From the NCBI GenBank assembly GCA_950097015.1, contig CATNEN010000034.1, positions 1,984,001 to 2,048,000 on the forward strand: a DNA stretch of 64,000 bases. The letters run 5' to 3'. Numbering within the stretch: the stretch's first letter is position 1; each line of letters begins with the position of its first letter. This DNA is from Macrostomum hystrix (lineage: Eukaryota > Animalia > Platyhelminthes). Made by a program: the position numbers and the translations under genes. Of the stretch, positions 59,501 to 64,000 are shown one piece after another. The notes beneath the pieces were generated by a model. That model was not told where the DNA came from. It saw only the letters and a list, made by a program, of their open reading frames with translations, and searched no databases.

Positions 59501-62500
59501 CAGTGGGTGTCACTCCCTCCAGTCCATTCAGTGGGTGTCACTCCCTCCAGTCCATTCAGTGGGTGTCACTCCCTCCAGTCCATTCAGTGGCTGTCACTCC
59601 CTCCAGTCCATTCAGTGGGTGTCACTCCCTCCAGTCCATTCAGTGGGTGTCACTCTCTCCAGTCCATTCAGTGGCTGTCACTCACTCTACAATGCACAGT
59701 ATCCTGCCCCGCCTTTTTGCAGACGAGCCACTTCGACAGCATTGACCAGAGCGCTGCCTTGCTGAACGCCTCGGCCTGTTTGGGCCATTGCTCGGCGAAG
59801 TTCCTGCTGTCGGCGATGCACAGCTACGGCCTGCAGTCGGATAGACGAATGGACTTCACCGAGGTTGGTCAGGCGGGCTTTCGGATGTGCTCAGATTGAA
59901 GAATTAGTGATGACTATATCATTTTTATCATGCAACCTTGTCACCACGGTGTTCGACAAGAGTCGCTGAATATCTTGACTCGGACGGCTTTGAAATTTGG
60001 TTCATTGTAAAGGGCGGAAAAAATTATCCGTATGGTGGACTTTTATGAAAATCAGTCATTCGGTTTGGGAGGCATCGTTAAGTGGGCAGCAAAGTACCTT
60101 CCGTGGTCTTTCCCCAGGGGAAATAGTGTGGTCTTTCCCCAGGGGAAATAGTGTGGTCTTTCCCCAGGGGAAATAGTGTGGTCTTTCCCCAGGGGAAATA
60201 GTGTGGTATTTCCCCAGGGGAAATAGTGTGGTCTTTCCCCAGGGGAAATAGTGTGGTATTTCCCCAGGGGAAATAAGTGTGGTCTTTCCCCAGGGGAAAT
60301 AGTGTGGTCTTTCCCCAGGGGAAATAGTGTGGTCTTCCCCAGGGGAAATAAGTGTGGTCTTTCCCCAGGGGAAATAAGTGTGGTCTTTCCCCAGGGGAAA
60401 TAAGTGTGTGTGGTCTTTCCCCAGGGGAAATAGCGTGGTCTTTCCCCAGGGGAAATAGCGTGGTCCTTCCCCAGGGGAAATAGCGTGGTCCTTCCCCAGG
60501 GGAAATAGTGTGGTCTTTTCCCAGGGGAAATAGTGTGGTCTTTCCCCAGGGGAAATAGCGTGGTCTTTCGATTTTTTCAACGCAGGGGTCGGCTAACTCC
60601 CTGCCGTTGCCCTTTCCGACACCTACAGTATCCTGTCTCATCTTTCCCTTGCCTCTCCTCGGTCTCGTCTCTCCTGTGCCTCATCTCCCCCCTGTTTCAT
60701 CTCTCCCCTACCTCATATTTCTACAGTCAACGCGGCCCGCTGTCGTCTTTTAGGTTCTCTTTTTGGCCCGCTAGCCAAAAAGCTTTTGCTGACCCCTGAT
60801 CTAACGACCGATTCTGGGGGATCTGCTGATTGACGTCAGTGGTGGGGATCGGGACCCTGGGCGCAGGACCAATTTAGTGTAGGTAGATGCGAGCGTAGTT
60901 CTCGGTGTTCTAAGTTCGTACCGGATAAATCATCTGACCAATGAAATTCTCAAACTGCAGTCAAACGCCCTGCTGCTAGAGAACGTACTGCACTGCCGGC
61001 ACCAGCTCAGCCTGCTCGCGCTGGCTACCAAGCACTACCTCGGTTCGGACGGTGCAGAAGCCAACCGCGAGCTGTCGCTAGCTTACTTCTTTCACCTGGC
61101 CAGAAGGACCCCAGTCGAGAAGGACGAATTGGCCAACGAAGAGTACAACCGGGTTGACATGGTTCGACTAACGGACGAGAGCCGGGTCAAGGAGGTGACC
61201 CATGCGGAGGACGACTTGTTTCACTGGATCAGCCATCAGGCCGGGCGCGGCGTGCCCTGGGCCAAGCGGAAGATGGCCGATCTGCTCTACTGGGGCAGCA
61301 GCGGGGTGCAGCGCAATGTCCAGGAGGGCTTGAACTATTTCAAGTGAGGCGTGGAGCTTTTGTATGCATGAGCAAGTTTTTCTGTCATTGACTTCTTTGC
61401 TGGAGGCCTCATTTCACTGCGACTGGTCAATTACGAGCTAGTTATTTTGTCAATGGCTCTACGTACATCTGGCCCAACTGGGCTTTGCGTAATTTAATTC
61501 TACGAGTAAATATGTACGTCGTAGCAATAAAAGTTCTCAGTTCTCAGTTCTCAGTTCGCCGTTCGCAGTTCGCAGTTCTCAGTTCGCCGTTCGCAGTTCG
61601 CAGTTCCCAGTTCGCAGTTCTCATTTCGCAGTTCGCAGTTCTCAGTTCGCCGTTCTCAGTTCTCAGTTCTCAGTTCGCCGTTCTCAGTTCTCAGTTCTCA
61701 GTTCTCAGTTCGCAGTTCTCTGTGTTTTGTTTCGATTCGCAGAAAAGCCGCCGACGAGGACGAAAGCGCCGGTGCAGCGCACGACTACGGCATGCTGCTG
61801 ATCAAGGGCGGCCACGGCAGCCACCGGGTGAAAGAGGGCCTGGAATATCTGCAGCGAGCCGCCCGCCTCACAGAGGAGCGCGATCCGCGGACCCTCACCT
61901 CGCTGGGCTGGTACGCCGAGCGGCACGAGGGCGACATGGCCAAAGCGATCAGTCTGTACAAGCGGGCGGCTGCACTGGGCGGCCAAGATGCCGTGTACAA
62001 CCTGGGTGTGCTACTGGACATCGGCTTCCCGGACCACAGCCTAGCCAGGGACAAGCGGGAGGCTTTCAGGCACTTCATGGAGGCGGCGAGCCACGGGCTG
62101 CTGCACGCGGCCATCATGGTGGGCAAGTACCGGCGCCGTCACATGCCTGAGATCGGACTGCCGAGGGATCTCGGACAGGCGACTGAGTGAGCGGCCTTTG
62201 CTCTGGTCTACTGCACCACCTGGTAATGTGTAGTATGGGGAATGAGCGGCAGAGCGGTATCACGCGTTTGCCTCTCGCAACAAAGTCCCTTTGTGATTAT
62301 GAAGTACAGTGGTCAATAATAAAAATGAAAGAATATAATATAATGCTCCTGAGTACTCGCGCACAAAGATACTGTACGCAGGCACACGCTCACACAGGTG
62401 TGTACATCTGCCCTGACTTTCTCATCGTCAGGCAGTGCACACTTTCAATGTTCCTTGGAGTTTGGCCTTTAAGGGCGTAAATTGCCCCGACAAGCCTCCA

Positions 62501-63648
62501 AGCCTTCTCTCCGCGGCTGCGCCTCAAATAAATGTGGCCTCACAGCGGAATCGAGCTTTGGGACCTTGGTGCGAGAGGCTAACGCGTTAGCCTGCTTTGT
62601 CACTCACCCACAGCGGTTGTCACTCACCCACAGCGGTTGTCACTCACCCACAGCGGTTAGTGCTTCGTACTTTCGAAAGGTCGATCGGTACGCGCATAGT
62701 TCGGTCCTCACTCAAATGGAAACAATTTTCGCGCCTAAGCAAGACACTTATTTCCCATTTCCCAGTTAGAATAGAAATACGGGTGGGCCAATCCTGTCCA
62801 TGGACTAAACTGTTGTACGCAGCCTTCGCGCATTGGCTACGACTGTGAAGCGTTGTTACAAGTACTGCCTGTTGTTACGCAGAATCTCAAAACGAAAAAG
62901 AAACCCTAACACCTCGCACCGACACTCAGGTGGTCTCGTTTTGTGGCCGAACTAAATCCGAAAGTTGGAGCACTGCTCACCAAAGCCATTGTGGCCTACC
63001 GCAAGGATCAAACGTAAGTGCATTGTCGCTAAAAATAGAATGACTGCGCTATTTCCCACCTGGGCAAAAGACCAAAGGTATTTTAAATAGCCAATGACTA
63101 AGATTTTCCTGAAATGCCACCACATGGATGAATGTCTATGGCGAATCCAGATTGGTTTAGTAATATAGTTATAAATGTATTCAATAAAGTACAATCAACC
63201 AAAATAGCCCACATGGTTCCATGATGAAACTTTTTTAGCAGAAAATTAATGCTAGCAATTGTAGTTTTTGCCACCAGACACCCCGACGAGAATCATTGAA
63301 TATCTCGCTGATGCCGATGCATTGTTTTTCTGGAAGTCGTTTAATCGTGTTCTGGATTTTCACGGCGATTGATTGAATATTTTAGTAGACACAAAAAGAA
63401 AGTATGCGCGTTTAAAATTATGGATCTAAGGCAAAATCTGGAATCTCCACTCTAATATACCGACAGTGAAGTTTCAGCTCTTTGGTACACACTGGCTGCC
63501 TATTGCGGCCTTGAGGTGGCAAATTTTAACCTGGCCTACCTGTGCGACCAGCACGGTAACAAGTTGACCAGTCGGTTTGCTAAGGAATGCCAGTTTCATC
63601 ACTATAACAGAAGTGTTTGTCGCGATGAAAATCAGGTGCACTCCAAGT
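56523..63648 (+). CDS. SEL1L3: SEL1L3-like protein (signal peptide, LamG-like domain, Sel1 repeats); 11 exons seen, continues beyond window
   Basis: Exons 56523-57111, 57593-57716, 57931-58177, 58250-58308, 58554-58825, 58913-59190, 59723-59863, 60961-61343, 61743-62186, 62930-63013, 63467-63648; all phases consistent. FTLSTWIFLEKPC..WC, LLIGG..GISGY, VDMVRLTDE..DDLFHWISHQAGRG..ADLLYWGSSGV, WSRFVAELN, GLEVANFNLAYLC match SEL1L3 as I recall it. Confidence 0.9.
57135..57180. repeat. (TTTG)n microsatellite
   Basis: Direct reading; just after the SEL1L3 exon 1 donor. Confidence 0.9.
57231..57540 (+). mobile_element. tRNA-derived SINE family A (full length), in SEL1L3 intron 1
   Basis: A box tagcctagtgg, B box ggttcgattcc, CORE-like middle tgtgtcctttagcaagacacttaactc..cttcagttcacccagccgttaaatgg, A-rich tail; possible ATAAATAAAA TSD at 57221-57230 and 57541-57550. 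Confidence 0.85.
59245..59690. repeat. 28-nt minisatellite GTGGGTGTCACTCCCTCCAGTCCATTCA in SEL1L3 intron 6
   Basis: About 16 copies. Confidence 0.95.
60100..60570. repeat. ~25-nt minisatellite with palindromic core TTTCCCC-A-GGGGAAA in SEL1L3 intron 7
   Basis: About 18 copies of GTGGTCTTTCCCCAGGGGAAATAGT. Confidence 0.95.
60583..60798. mobile_element. Non-autonomous hAT-like element (MITE), inverted relative to the 53598 copy
   Basis: TIRs caggggtcggc / gctgacccctg; internal gcggcccgctgtcgtcttttaggttctct is the reverse complement of ~53632-53660. Confidence 0.7.
61534..61720. repeat. 7-nt repeat TTC(T/G)CAG upstream of the SEL1L3 exon 9 acceptor
   Basis: About 26 units by direct reading. 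Confidence 0.93.
62245..62590 (-). mobile_element. SINE family B minus copy (62345-62590) preceded by a plus-strand head fragment (62245-62295)
   Basis: acgcgtttgcctctcgcaacaaagtccc at ~62264 is inverted relative to gggaccttggtgcgagaggctaacgcgt at ~62560. Confidence 0.8.
62598..62660. repeat. 20-nt repeat GTCACTCACCCACAGCGGTT x3
   Basis: Direct reading. Confidence 0.85.
62765..62870 (+). mobile_element. SINE 3'-module fragment
   Basis: gtccatggactaaactgttgtacgcagccttc, shared with families A and C. Confidence 0.5.
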
Positions 63649-63761
63649 GTAAGTGAAAATCTGAACTAAATAATGCATTTCACTCACTTTCCTACTGGAA
63701 GTAGTGAGTTCCATAGAACGCGTGGATCTAGTAGCCGAGTGTTTAGAGCTTGGGGTATCGT

Positions 63762-63805
63762 TAGGGTTAGGGTTAGGTTTTGGGTTAGGGTTAGGGTTAG
63801 GGTTT
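63762..63805 (+). repeat. Interstitial telomere-like (TTAGGG)n, ~7 units
   Basis: ttagggttagggttaggttttgggttagggttagggttagggttt. Confidence 0.85.
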
Positions 63806-64000
63806 GTGCAATTCAAACCCTTGAGGGCCAACCTCCAAGGCGCAGTGAGAGTGTACACTGCCTGACGATGAGAAAGATGTACAGGGCAGATGTACACACT
63901 TGTGTGAGCGTGTTCTGTGTGCGTGTGTGCTCAGGAGTCAGCGGAAGGGGCAGAATTGCCTCCTCGCTGGGTGCGGGTCTATTGTCACCAAATGGTGTGT
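63805..64000 (+). mobile_element. SINE family B, 5'-truncated, runs to window end
   Basis: gtgcaattcaaacccttgagggccaacc...gggcagaattgcctcctcgctggg matches ~19460-19650. Confidence 0.8.

Noticed and set aside
59062-60641. Long ORFs with SPFSGCHSLQ and FPWGKTT repeats
   Set aside because: Intronic arrays of SEL1L3; only 58913-59190 and 59723-59863 are exonic.

Overview
Eukaryotic (invertebrate animal) genomic DNA. GT-AG introns, GC-rich Ala/Gln-rich exons, TTAGGG repeats and very dense intronic minisatellites suggest a free-living flatworm such as Macrostomum (inference only). By hand-splicing with consistent exon phases I reconstruct: a 3-exon DEG/ENaC channel (-), a 3-exon claudin/PMP22-like tetraspan (+), a 3-exon SK/KCNN Ca-activated K channel (-), a 7-exon AFAP1/SKAP-like tandem-PH adaptor (+), two intronless MS4A-like tetraspans, a 5-domain Kazal inhibitor (-), a 7-exon unknown protein with an RBD/ubiquitin-like domain (+), and 11 exons of a SEL1L3-like gene that runs off the right edge (+). 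Also present: two small ORFs with PP1-docking motifs (one resembling a minimal PPP1R15/GADD34/DP71L module), a frameshifted AlkB relic, a Ty3/Gypsy RT relic, at least three tRNA-headed SINE types (one with a 12-bp TSD; inverted pairs flank exons), hAT-like MITEs and about 20 tandem arrays, some with higher-order structure. Most long ORFs in the supplied track are artefacts of stop-free tandem repeats. No rRNA, true tRNA or CRISPR was found. All family assignments come from motif recall, not database searches.
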